64,000 nucleotides of DNA. Origin: Podarcis gaigeae (Eukaryota). Each line of letters starts with the position of its first letter. The first letter of the stretch is position 1. Position numbers and translations under genes: made by a program. Positions 11,210 through 21,919 of this stretch are shown here, one piece after another. The notes beneath the pieces are model-generated. The model was given only the letters and a program-made list of their open reading frames with translations. It was not told where the DNA came from and made no database searches. Location: assembly GCA_964106915.2 (NCBI GenBank), contig OZ066926.1; one strand, 5' to 3'.

Positions 11210-14200
11210 CTCTATTTTTGGGCTGGGCTGCCTCCAGGCCTGAACAAAACAACCACTAGCAGTGGCTGTCTTCCTCCAGTGGTGGGATATAAATGCAGTA
11301 AATAAATAAATAAAATTAAAAAGCACCTGCCATTTTAGATATGCCTCTGCTGCCGTGCATAAATTTCCCATATACCACACTGTGATTAATATATTTTTAT
11401 GTCTTTTTATTTTACAATAATTGGTGGTGGATTTTTATTTTTTTTTTGCATTTGAAAGTTTGGTCTGGACCCCGTTCCTGCTTGCACACCACACTCAGGT
11501 GCGCCCAGAGCAGTGGCCTCTTGCTTCCTGCAAAAAGAAGTCGCTCCTCGCTGGGAGATGGATGCTTAATAGAGTCGGTGTCTGCAGGGTTCTCTACAGA
11601 TTTTCCTTCTGTAACAATGTTTGTAATCGTACTTTGTTTTTGTCTCTTCTTTAGTTGCCAGGCTAATAATTTCCCACATTTATTTGCAGATTCAAAATTT
11701 CTTTGTCTCATCCTTCTTATCTTCCATTCAATTTCTTGATTTACTAACTGTGAATATTGAACCTATAGGGCTTTAATTTCTTACTGGATCTGCAAATTCT
11801 TTGGGTTTCCTCTAAGCTTCTTCTCTTTATCTTTCAGTTGTTCCATAATTTTATCTTTTGTCTCATTCTGTGACTTTCTCCTAATTCCATTTTGTTGTAT
11901 CAGAAACCCTCTCATTACCGCTTTGCTGGCCTCCCAAATCACCCTTATTTCCATTCCTTGATTCATATTGAGTTCAAAATAATCCTTTAGGGTTTTTTGG
12001 GCCTTATTGACAATTAATGAGCTTCTCAGCAGATCATCATTCATTCGCCATCTGAAGGAACCCTGAACAAACATTTCCAGAACAAAAAAATTCCTTCCAG
12101 TAGCACCTTAAAGACCAACTAACTTAGTTCTTGGTATGAGCTTTCGTGTGCATGCACACTTCTTCAGATACACTGAAACAGAAGTTACCAGACCCTTCTA
12201 TATAGTGAGAAGGTGGGGAGGGGTATTACTCAGAAGGGTGGTAGGAATGGGTGATTGGCAGATAGCTGTGATGAGCCTGTTGACGACTCTTAACGGCTGC
12301 AATAGGTCTTACAGGTCTGAGACATCAGGAATCACAAGACAGAGAAACCAGTAGGAGAACACTTCAATCTCCCAGGACATTCTATACAAGATCTCAAAGT
12401 AGCTGTTTTACTAAAAAGGAATTTCAGAAATAGACTGGAAAGAGAAGCTGCTGAATTGCAACTTATTACCAAACTTAAAACCATGGAGAAACCTGGTCTG
12501 AACAAAGACATTGGATTCTTATCTCATTATACATGACAAAGCCATTTTTCACCTTCTCACCCCTTGCTTTTTCCTGTAAGACCTATTGCAGTCGTTAAGA
12601 GTCATCAACAGGCTCATCACAGCTATCTGCCAATCACCCATTCCTACCACCCTTCTGAGTAATACCCCTCCCCACCTTCTCACTATATAGAAGGGTCTGG
12701 TAACTTCTGTTTCAGTGTATCTGAAGAAGTGTGCATGCACATGAAAGCTCATACCAAGAACTAACTTAGTTCGTCTTTAAGGTGCTACTGGAAGGAATTT
12801 TTTTGTTTTGACTATGGCAGACCAACACGGCTACCTATCTGTAACTGAAACATTTCCAGGTCCATATGGGTGCTTAATAGAGTCAGTGAGCAGTGGACTC
12901 TCACAGAGTCCCATCAGACACTCATAGCGCTGCTTCCCACACATTGTTCTAAGCCCTGAGCCCAGCTGGTACTCACCCTGTTCTGGCCCTGGGTCCCATT
13001 GGGCTGCGAGAAACTTGCAAGGGGTTTGTTGAGTGCTGGAGGGATGATAAAGGGGAGCATGTTAGCAAACTCTAGAAGAAACTGCCCTCCCTACCTGCTG
13101 ATTTTGGCCTGCCACTCTGTTGTTGCTAGTCCATAAAGAAAGAAAAAAGAAAAGTGGCAACCTTATCTCAATGTTAGAAGACCAGCTCTTCTTTCCCTAG
13201 CACCCATCCACTCCTTCATCCATGCAGAAATCCCCTTTGCAATGTGACTCCCTTCACTTTTTGCAAAGGGGTGCGAGGGAGGGGCTCACCTGGGAGTAAG
13301 TGGCGTTTGGAGAGCTGCTCTTGGGACCTCCGGTGTTCCATGCGCAGCTGCAGAACTGTAAGGGAGGTGACAATATATGAATAACGGTAATTACTTTATT
13401 TGTCTCAGCCAACAAGCAATAAAAAAGCAGTGAAAAATTCAACTCTTAAATCATTCGGCGCTACCCACCCTCCCACCACAAAGCTAAAATGAAGCCAACA
13501 ATTGATATATAACTCCAGATTACTGATGTTGACAAAGTTTGTAATCACTTGGGCTGAGAGTTGTTAGGAGATTCACTGCCCAGAGCCAACAACTCTCACT
13601 ACTCTTAACAAACAACAGCACTCAGAATTTGTTTTTTTGGGGGGGAGATCCATGGCTGTTAAAGTAGGATCACAGTGCTTTAAATGTATGGTGCAAATGT
13701 GAACAGGCTTATTTGCCCAGCTCCTACTACTCAGCTGCATTATGAATCTAGCACTGTTCCCCCCAAAAGTTCTTCTCTGGTTCAGAATGCGTAATTAGAT
13801 TTTTCAGGGGTTTCATACCTTGGGTTACAGGTGCTTCAGGTTGCGTTTTTTTGGGCTACAGATGCTCCGAAACCCAGAAGCACTGGAATGGGTTACTTCT
13901 GGGTTTCGGCGGTCACGCATGTGCGGAAGTGCTAAATTGCTCTTTGCGCTTGTGCAGAAGCTCCGAATCGCAACCCGTGCATGCACAGATACAGCGCTGT
14001 GGGTTGTGAACGCTGCAGGTTGCGAACGTGCCTTCCACACGGATCACGTTCGCAACCCGAGCGTCCACTGTATTATCTTTAGAAATGAATGGTTCACTGT
14101 GGTTGTGCTTTGATACGTAACCCCTGCTCTCATCTGGTTGTGAACTGCTTTGGCAAGCCCGTGTGGAAGGGCAGCCTACAAATTGAAGTAAATAGCTACT

Positions 14201-17200
14201 ACTACTACTACTGCCACCACTGCCACCAACTAAAGCCTGCAGCTTTGTAGAAGCATGCACAACATTTCTTTGCTGTCAACCTACTTCCTCTCAGTTAAAC
14301 CTTTAACTACTTATTGTGATTACCAGCAGCTCTCCTCCACAGCTGATGCTGAGAACTATAGCTCCCAAGGGGCAGTGCAGAAAAGTGAAAATGCACAGCA
14401 CAACCATTACAAGGGCAGGAGAGAGCCCTTGGGAAACAAATGAAGGGGGGGGGTTGAGTGTGCACAAAGGATGCATGCAATTATCCACTCCTGAAGTGAA
14501 GGGAAAGGAGTTTGCACTCGTTGTGGTTTGAGATTTTAAAGTGACAAATAAAAGCAAGCTAATGAATACATGTTAGGCAGAAATAACTAAAACAAATTAC
14601 ACCATAGAATTAAGGTCTTTTGTGGCTTTAATCTGATTTCAAACTTGCAAACCAGCAAGGATCAAGATGCTCTGGAGTCTCAAATGTTCAGTCCAGCAAC
14701 CCACTGAAATATTGGGTGCTACTTTGCTTTATCTTTGACAACTGTTACTTATTCAGAGCTTGCTCCAGAGAGTGGCAATGCTGGGCATTTGCTGGGGCCC
14801 AAAGAGCAGCAGAAGGCTCAACGCCCTAACACTGTTACAATTTCCAGAGAATATCCAATAAGATCAGATGCAGCCAGAGAATTTTCTTATCTCCCACCTC
14901 TTCCGGATTAGGGGCCACCAGTGAGGGTGCCATGCCCAGAGCCCCCCAAATCCTGGTACTAGCACAGTCAGTATTTATGTATACTGCATCACAGTACACA
15001 TGATGTTACACAGGTAAAAACAGACAGATCGCTGGCCCCAAGAAACTTACAATGGGAGATATGAGGGCAGGGATGAAAAAATGTGGGTGCTGCAGTTGGG
15101 ACTAAGGAGAAAAGTTAAAGGTCTATGGACAGGTACTTTTTGAGGAGGGGTCTGAAGGAAGGCAGGGAGGCGGCACAACATTTGATTCTGGGGAACTCAA
15201 GACTGTCCACAGTGCATTGAATGAGATTTGAATGGAGTGGGCAAGATCTCTGTTGACTTGAAGAAATTGAGGGAAACTGGATTGGAGAGATCACCCTATT
15301 GAACAACCCAGGATGCATCCAGGTTTGCAAAGGCGTGAGGCAAGGTAAGGCAACACAATGTTCTCTGGAATTGCTTTTCAATAAAACAAACTGAGATCAA
15401 AATGCATCAAGCTTTTACTGACTGCTGTATGATACTGGGTAATTATACTGTGGAATTGGAAGGGGAAATTAAACGGGGGGGGGGGGGAGAATCACACAAA
15501 ACTGGCCTGGAAATGAATATATAAAAATGAAATGGATGCAAATTAAGTATTGCCCAGAAGCCTCTATTTAAACAAACAATGAAAAAATTGAAAAACTGGG
15601 AATTACATCTTGTTTGACCAACAAATGACTAAATCCAGCCCTTTTGGAGGCAAATCCAAGCATCAGAAGAAAGGTCTGCCTTAACGGAATAAATTCATAA
15701 TTACTTGTCAATGAATGGCAAAATGAAAGCTAAAGGAGAAATTTACAACTCAGCACTGAAACCTCCTGTGGATCTATGCCATATAGTGTGGTGTAGAAGT
15801 CTGTTATATCTATGGTTGGTTGACAACATTAGCTGATGTAGCATGACAACATTAACTCATACATAAAGATCTGTGGTACGATGTATGCACATAATGTTTC
15901 TTTGTTCCCATATGCCATGGGAGAGACATGACAGGGGACTGGTGTAAAAGAGCTGCAATACGAGGCCATCTATGATATCAAGTGTAGAAGGGCCAGCTAT
16001 TTGGTCTGCCAAGCAAGACAACAGGTGGACTTTCCCACCGCACAGAATAGATTCCCAGGGATCAAGTGCATCCCCTTGGCAGAAATAAAATGTGATGAGG
16101 TGATCCAATGACGAACCCGTTTGGTTCCCAGTGGAAACAACATGCTCAAGATGGAACAGAATGGCGAGGCGATTCTGTACATTCATGGAGGAGGAACGAA
16201 CAAGGAAGAGCCAGAGAGAATTAACTTAGGAGGCTCTGATTTGGAACAAGGACAAGAGCAAATCTGCAACCTCCTTGGTTTACTCTGCCTCTTTTACTCC
16301 CAACAGTGAATATGTGCCCCTTAGCATTACAGAGTTAATGTTTTCCAGTATTTGAGTTCTCCATTTGTTATCTAGCGTCCATTTACAAAGGGCAATCGAA
16401 TGAGCGATGGGGCAAATCCTTAACCATGGCAGTTTGACAAGGTATAGGCAAAAATATTTTTCCGGGCATCGCTTGGAATCTAAATGTTTGATGAGGGTAA
16501 TAATAATTACAAAGAAGTGAATCAAAAAGCATCCACCAAGAAGACATGGAAGGCATAACTGTACGACAAACTGGTCTAATTGGCATGCTCTCTCACATAC
16601 CCTGCACAAACAGAGGGGGGGGGGGGAACCTGGGAATTATAATTTTTGCAAGGACGTCGAGAGTTCTCTGTAAGTGTCCCCCACATCACAGGGAACCAGG
16701 TAGAGTTGGGAGGCTACCTGACACCCTTTAAAGCAGGTGCAGGGAATATTATTCAGTCCAACAGTCACATTTGCTTTTGGGCAACCTTCCAGGGGCCACC
16801 TGCGAGGTGGTGGGCAGGACCGGGGGCAAAAGTAGGCGGAGAAAGAAATGCAAATTTTGCCTGTGTACAGTAGGCTGGTTTCAGCACGCACTCATACACC
16901 CCTCTCCATATAGCCAAGCAAGAGGCATTGTTCAAGGACACATTCCAACCGGGGAAAACATTTGAGAAGGGTGCAAAGTGAAGGCAGTGAGGGGTGTGGC
17001 CTGGGGAAGGGGGTGTGGCCTGGAGACAGCCCTGAGGGCCAGGTGAGAGGCCCAGAGGGCCACATTTGGCCCCTAGACCCGAGCTTCCCCACCCCTGCTT
17101 TAGTGCTATGTCCTATGCATTAATTTAACTGGTAATAAGGAGCCAGTGTGGTGTAGTGGTTAAGAGCGGTAGTCTCGTAATCTGGTGAACCGGGTTCGCA

Positions 17201-20200
17201 TCTCTGCTCCTCCACATGCAGCTCCTGGGTGACCTTGGGCTAGTCACATTTCTGCTTTGAGACTCCTTCAGGTAGTGATAAAGCGGGATATCAAATCCAA
17301 ACTCTTCTTCTAATAATTCTGCCCCTTTCTCCACCCAGAATCCTTAGCATTTTCATTCTCTAAAGAGGCCAGGAAGTTGGGACAGAATTCTCAGCACACT
17401 TAGAAAACTGCAGTTCCCACTGTTCCCTGGGAAGGGAGCCATGGCAATTTGAAATGGAAAGTGAATCAAGTAAGCCGGACCTGGACCACATTCACACCAC
17501 ACATGTCATATCACTTTAAACTATCATGGTTCCCCACCCCCAAAAGAATTCTGGGAGCTGTAGTTTGTTATGGGTGCTGATAAGTTATTGGCAGGCCCCT
17601 ATTCCCCTCACAGATCTACAGTTCCCAAAACTCCCTTTGAAGAGGGATTGACTGTTAAACCACTCTGACAATTGTAGCTCTGCATGGGGATTGTCGGGGT
17701 CACCAGCACAGAGGCACAACTATAAAATAAGTCCAAATGCACTGGAAACTTAAATTAGTCTTGCCATCCCCGACCTTGGAACAGAAGCAGTTTTCAGGGC
17801 CCTTAAAAAAACACCATGTCTATAAGCCCACAGAAATTCAAATGCTGCTGCACTGGGGACATCGCTGGGAAGGATAACCTTGTCCAAGCAAGAGCACCAA
17901 AGGGATATGGCTGAGTGGGTGAGCCCTCCCCTTGCTCTGCCGTCAAACAGCAGGCACGTCATACCTTTGGAGGGTGGGACTGCTGCAAGCGTTTCTATTC
18001 CTGTGCCCGCTTCTCTCCTGCCTGGGCATTTGTCCCGTTGTCAGCAGCAGCTGGGGTGACGCCACTCGCTATTTATTTAAAAGGCTGGAAACACAAGATG
18101 CCCCAAACTCCCAGGCCAGAGGCTGACTGCAAGGACTGCTTGTGGGGAACCCACCACCAAACTGCAGCCCCTCCAAGTGACCCCATTTTCCAGGGACACC
18201 CCAAATTTACAGAAGCCATCCCAGTTTTTGATTTGATTGCAGGTCCCGCTTTTCCTTAGGATGTTCCTATTTTCATCGGAGAAATGTTGGAGGGTATGGA
18301 GTTAGGTGACCTCAGAGCCAAGGATACAACTTTTAGAAGACACCTGAAGGCAGCCCTATATAGTTTTATTATGTATTTATACGGATTGCCACACAGAATA
18401 TTCTTATTATTATCATTATTATAGAATAGGGTGCCCCTATTTTCTTTGGAGAAATGTTGGAGGGTATGCAAATACTCAACATGAGGGGCAGGACATGGGG
18501 GCATTGAGTATTTCACCGATTTGGGGAACTGTAGCCAGTTCCAGGCCCTCAATATGAGAACCTGCATACACTCCACATACTGTACTTAAAGCATTCTGGG
18601 GGCTGTTTTAGGGCCAGTTCGCCCCCCCCCCCACTTTTCTAGTCACTTCCAGGTTCAGTGTGATGTTTGCTTGCGCAGTCACGCACATATTGAACACGCA
18701 TAAAACGGTTGTTGCCTGTAATCAATACACTCATTGAATATAAAACACATTTTTGCATCAGTGCTTCACTGCTGGAGCCTTTTTGAGAAACTGGAGGAAG
18801 CAGGATAATTTACAAGTTAATAAACAAAAGCTGCCACTTCACATATACTATGTAAAAGAACGAAAGTTTACTACCCCAGCCTTCTCTCTCCCCACTTCTC
18901 TTCTTCCCCAACTTTAACTGTCTATAATATTATTGTCTCAGATCGAATATAAGATCTGCAGAAAAGATTCTATGAACGAAAAACTGAGGCACTGTGTGTA
19001 CCTCTGTACTTCAAGAAAATCTTTGATAAAAACAATTTTTAAAAAAGTTGTCACACATTATTCCTGTGACTGTACTGTGTTTTTAACTGTTTCTAATTCT
19101 AAATTGTTGCAACCTACCCTAGGACCTGCCGGTGAAGGGCCAATAGTAACAGTATTAGTAGTAATAATAAATATTATTTAGGGGCAGGAGAGATCATATT
19201 TTTCATTATTATTATTATTATTCCCTAGCACCAGAACCAACACAGCCACTAATACACAAGGAAACAAGTGTCCCTGAATGTTCAGTGGGTCCTCCTTGAT
19301 TAAAAATGGTCCCTGCAAAAGCTTTAGCAAACCTACCAATTAAAAGCAATGCTGCTTTTCGTATTGCACAAGCGGGAGCTATATATGTGGAGAAATTACG
19401 AAGGGTGGTTTGTAACAGGAGAGAAACATGTGAGGTACAGAAAAACACCATAGTTGCCACCAAGGAACGACTATGATGCCACAGGCAGGTTGACTGATTA
19501 CTAAGACTGGCTAGGCCTGAACAAAATGGCTGCTGGACGCCAGGGTTAGGTTGTGAGGTACCGACGGAATGGAAAAGTGACAAGTGGTTGTGAGGAAGAG
19601 CATGACCCTGGTCCTTACAACTGACTCATATGGCTGTCACACACCATACATTTAAAGCAAGTGATTTCCCTCAAAGAATCCTGGGAAATGTAGTTTGTTA
19701 TGGGTACTGGGAATTGTAGCTTTGTGAGGGACTGATCTGTGCTGCACTGTGCTTCCCATTGCCCTGCCTGGTCAAGCGAGTGGTAAAGTGACACATTTAT
19801 TGGCTGTGCAGGGGGAAACCTTAAATGCATTCCTAAAAAAAAACCAAAAAACCCTTTAGATTTGAAGGTAATCCAGAAATATTCAGAATCAGGGCTGGTT
19901 CTCTCTCTGTTCTGCCTTAGGTACCTCCACCTACATAGATAGGCAATGTCGAGTTGCCAGAATTAAACTCTGTGCATGTTCAGAGGCACTCAGTCTAAAC
20001 TGATGCAGTTTTTGAAAATTGAATATGCCAGACCTTCCCTTCCTTCACTCAGCCGGTGCCCAAATCTACATGAAAAATTCAGAGCCTGAAGATGTATTCA
20101 CAAATAAGTATCTGGTGCAAACAGTAACTGAACAGGAAGAGCAAACAGTCTCTCATGGGCTATGAATTTCTGAGGGGAGATTTACTAGGACCTTTTGCAG

Positions 20201-21768
20201 GTGCCACAGGAGAGACACTGGCATATGAAGGTGGCATGCTGGCAACTTCTGGTATATGGCCCACATTGTGCACCTGTGTAGTGACGTTGGGGTCGATAAT
20301 ATAATCAGCATTGACTTCAGAGTTTGTTTCAGCCTCGCAGAAACATGGCTGAGATGTGTTCCACTGAAATCCCCACCGATGGGGCCCTGAAGGCCTTATT
20401 TCGGAGGGAGGTGACACCCTGCACCCTTAATTCAGGCCCTTGACTAGTGGAGCAGTGAACTGTTGTTACAAAGGGGCAATGGGAATAGCACTCTGCACAT
20501 GCCTATAGACAACTCCTCTTTACTTGCTCCTAGAGCAAGACCTGACCACGAAAACCTGGCTCAAGTTAAGATTTGGGGGAACTGGGCCTATGTTGTGGCT
20601 CCACACAATGCAGTGCACTGAGCCAGGTCAGTGGTTAAAGTGTTGGACTAGGACCTGAGATACTAGCATTTATATCCCCACTCAGCTACGAAGCTCCCTG
20701 GGTGACCTTGGGACACTCTCTGTCAGCCTAACCTACCTCACAGGGTTGTTGTGGGGATTAAATGAGGAGGAGGAGAAAAGGCAGGATATAAATGCAATCA
20801 GTCATAGGAGCCAACTCATAGCGGCCAAGATTCCTTTGTGTGTGTCCCCTCCCCATAAAATATTTGAGGGGGCTGAGCCTCCCTAAAGTTGATGGGCATT
20901 GCCATTCAAATGGTGCTGACACAAATCTGTCCCTTGGGCCACAATTCACCACCAGCAAGGTCTCCTGTGCAGATCAGATACTTTGCTTAGCTTATTGACC
21001 TTTCCTGCAACTAGCAGAAGCTGGGAAAACCATTCAGAATAAGCAAATCTGTTACCAATTCTATCCATCGGCATCATTTATTTTCTTATGTATATATCTT
21101 ATGTTGATTTCTCTCCCCCAAAGCAGCAAACAGGATAAGGAAAACATAAAATGATATTTAAACTGAATTGAAAACTGCAGCAGAGAAGCAGCAGCAGTAA
21201 AACTACACAGAATACCTATGATTTACGCATGCATGGGAACTGACATGACCTTGCTTGTAGAATGTGTCTTGCCTTGATTTTTTTTTTTTATAACTCCAAG
21301 CAACAAAATGCAGCGTGGGCTGTTCTCTTAAGAGGACAGGAAGGTGCCTTCTGCTTAGTCAGAACTTTGGTCCACCTAGCTCAGCACTGTCAGCTCTGAC
21401 TGGCAAGAGCTCTGCAGGGTTCCAAGGCAGGGTCTTCTCTCACAGCTGCACCTGGAGGGGCTGGGAATTGAACCTGCGGCCTTCTGCATGCAAGGCAGAT
21501 GATATACTCCATGAGCCACAGCCTGTCCCTTACACAGCAGGATATCTCAGGAGGGTTCTGAGGAGAACGATTTATTTATTTTTAATGGAAGGTGAAACAG
21601 TAGGCCTTGAGGTCCCTCTGTCTTAGACTGCCATAATTACCAACCTGCAAAAAGTCTATTTTAAAAACTTAATAGCACCAAGGTGCCTAAAGCCCCACTC
21701 GGGTCCTACTTACCGGAGCGGAATTTGCTTCGGATCAGCATGGATCGTTCAGAAGCCAGGAGTGTCAT
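1512..21768 (-). CDS. MAMSTR: MAMSTR/MASTR (myocardin-family SAP-domain coactivator), 10 coding exons in window, 3' exons off the left edge
   Basis: Exons 21768-21714, 13355-13290, 13035-12977, 10811-10736, 9816-9667, 8630-8485, 5713-5594, 4840-4572, 4453-4306 and 1904-1512 all have GT-AG ends and consistent phases (1482 nt, 494 aa). Protein starts MTLLASERSMLIRSKFRSVLQLR; SAP reads LEELT|VSELRQQLRKRGLPVSGTK. Lies immediately 3' of RASIP1, as MAMSTR does in mammals. Confidence 0.9.
1938..2098. mobile_element. Decayed palindromic MITE
   Basis: GGCTGGATCTACAC...GTGTAGGTTTGTCC imperfect terminal inverted repeats with internal inverted symmetry. Confidence 0.45.
3231..3278. repeat. (CTTT)n microsatellite
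   Basis: Direct reading. Confidence 0.95.
4306..4453 (-). CDS. MAMSTR: MAMSTR coding exon 9 (start of SAP)
   Basis: ...PKPELLPANLEELT|GTGAGT; NAGNAG acceptor (4453 or 4450). Confidence 0.88.
4572..4840 (-). CDS. MAMSTR: MAMSTR coding exon 8 (basic B1 box + Q-rich)
   Basis: KPPRPKKAKEPRPKVKKLKYHQYMPPDQK...YARVLQQQQVFLQLQIMSQQQ. Confidence 0.93.
5594..5713 (-). CDS. MAMSTR: MAMSTR coding exon 7
   Basis: 120 nt, phase 0-0, LDLPPILDQQ...KPSVSLLK; strong acceptor. Confidence 0.7.
5978..6200 (+). mobile_element. 5'-truncated LINE (L1-like) 3' end
   Basis: 18-bp TSD AGAAAGTGGGACAGGGCT at 5960-5977 and 6201-6218; AATAAA and A-rich tail. Confidence 0.8.
6707..6942. mobile_element. Tc1/mariner-type MITE
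   Basis: TA|CAGTGGTACCTC ... GAGATACCACTA|TA. Confidence 0.8.
7065..7267. mobile_element. Tc1/mariner-type MITE
   Basis: TA|CAGTGGTACCTC ... GAGGTATGACTG; right TIR hit by a SINE. Confidence 0.75.
7269..7611 (-). mobile_element. Sauria (Squam1) SINE
   Basis: ACCTTT-type tail, tRNA-like head; TSD GGTATGACTGT at 7258-7268 and 7612-7622. Confidence 0.92.
8485..8630 (-). CDS. MAMSTR: MAMSTR coding exon 6 (Ser-rich)
   Basis: DATLAAPDSFTFEEDLSSSS..., resembles the myocardin FAFEEDSSS segment; GTAAGC donor. Confidence 0.85.
8862..8932. repeat. (AC)n/(CAAA)n microsatellite
   Basis: Direct reading. Confidence 0.95.
9667..9816 (-). CDS. MAMSTR: MAMSTR coding exon 5 (intact RPEL3)
   Basis: KKARLAEDLSEKILHRPGPLELVKKNILS; GTAAGG donor. 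Confidence 0.92.
10736..10811 (-). CDS. MAMSTR: MAMSTR coding exon 4 (degenerate RPEL2)
   Basis: 76 nt, ANEIAKLKVSPRPHKTSTAKGQLSE; pyrimidine tract + CAG acceptor, GTAAGG donor. Confidence 0.8.
11581..12068 (-). mobile_element. Internal L1 ORF2 fragment (endonuclease-RT linker)
   Basis: FRWRMN...YFELN...IWEASKAVMRG...FESANKCGKLLAWQLKKRQ; direct repeats TGCTTAATAGAGTC(G/A)GTG at 11563-11580 and 12871-12888. Confidence 0.85.
12134..12171 (-). ncRNA. Minimal hammerhead ribozyme motif (Penelope type)
   Basis: GUAU-CUGAAGA-A-GUGUGCAUGCACAC-GAAA-GC-UC-AUAC. Confidence 0.7.
12717..12754 (+). ncRNA. Minimal hammerhead ribozyme motif (Penelope type)
   Basis: GUAU-CUGAAGA-A-GUGUGCAUGCACAU-GAAA-GC-UC-AUAC. 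Confidence 0.7.
12977..13035 (-). CDS. MAMSTR: MAMSTR coding exon 3
   Basis: 59 nt, ALNKPLASFSQPNGTQGQNR; phase 1 to 0 links the neighbouring exons; GTGAGT donor. Confidence 0.75.
13290..13355 (-). CDS. MAMSTR: MAMSTR coding exon 2 (RPEL1-like)
   Basis: 66 nt, VLQLRMEHRRSQEQLSKRHLLP; TACAG acceptor, GTGAGC donor. Confidence 0.9.
13805..14070. mobile_element. Tc1/mariner-type MITE (left end decayed)
   Basis: Similar to the 61208 element; ends AACCCGAGCGTCCACTG|TA. Confidence 0.65.
17139..17310 (+). mobile_element. Squam3(B)-type tRNA-derived SINE, internally deleted
   Basis: A box TGGTGTAGTGG, B box GGTTCGCATCT, ends GGGATATCAAATCCAAACTCTTCTTC; TAATAA on both flanks. Confidence 0.75.
21714..21768 (-). 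CDS. MAMSTR: MAMSTR coding exon 1 (MEF2-binding peptide)
   Basis: MTLLASERSMLIRSKFRS followed by G|GTAAGT donor; matches the myocardin/MASTR N-terminus. Confidence 0.9.
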
Positions 21769-21919
21769 CTTTGGAGTCCTTGCAGGTATAATCCCAAATC
21801 TGAGGTAGGCCCCATGGATATTCAGAAGAGGGGGGAACAGGAAAAGAGGGGAAAATGATGAAGAAATCTCCAACTAGGATCTAGAGAAGCCAGCAACAGA
21901 GTGCCTGGGCCTAGGGACG

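Larger units (their letters stand above)
12081..12847 (+). mobile_element. Penelope-like element, 5'-truncated, with inverted terminal repeat
   Basis: GIY-YIG C-terminal remnant (KPVGEHFNLPGHS...REAAELQLITKLKT...GLNKDIGF); about 235-bp inverted arms; TSD AAACATTTCCAG at 12069-12080 and 12848-12859. Confidence 0.9.

Noticed and set aside
15850-16610. Adjacent ~109-aa ORFs in the MAMSTR intron
   Set aside because: No recognisable motif in the frames I checked, several stops and no convincing splice pattern; possibly a decayed element that needs a database search
17139-17215. tRNA gene
   Set aside because: The A and B boxes belong to a SINE head that continues into SINE body and tail
1512-21768. 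Calling the gene MYOCD or MRTF
   Set aside because: RASIP1 adjacency, the LEELT|VSELRQQLR SAP sequence split by an intron, and YHQYMPP all favour MAMSTR
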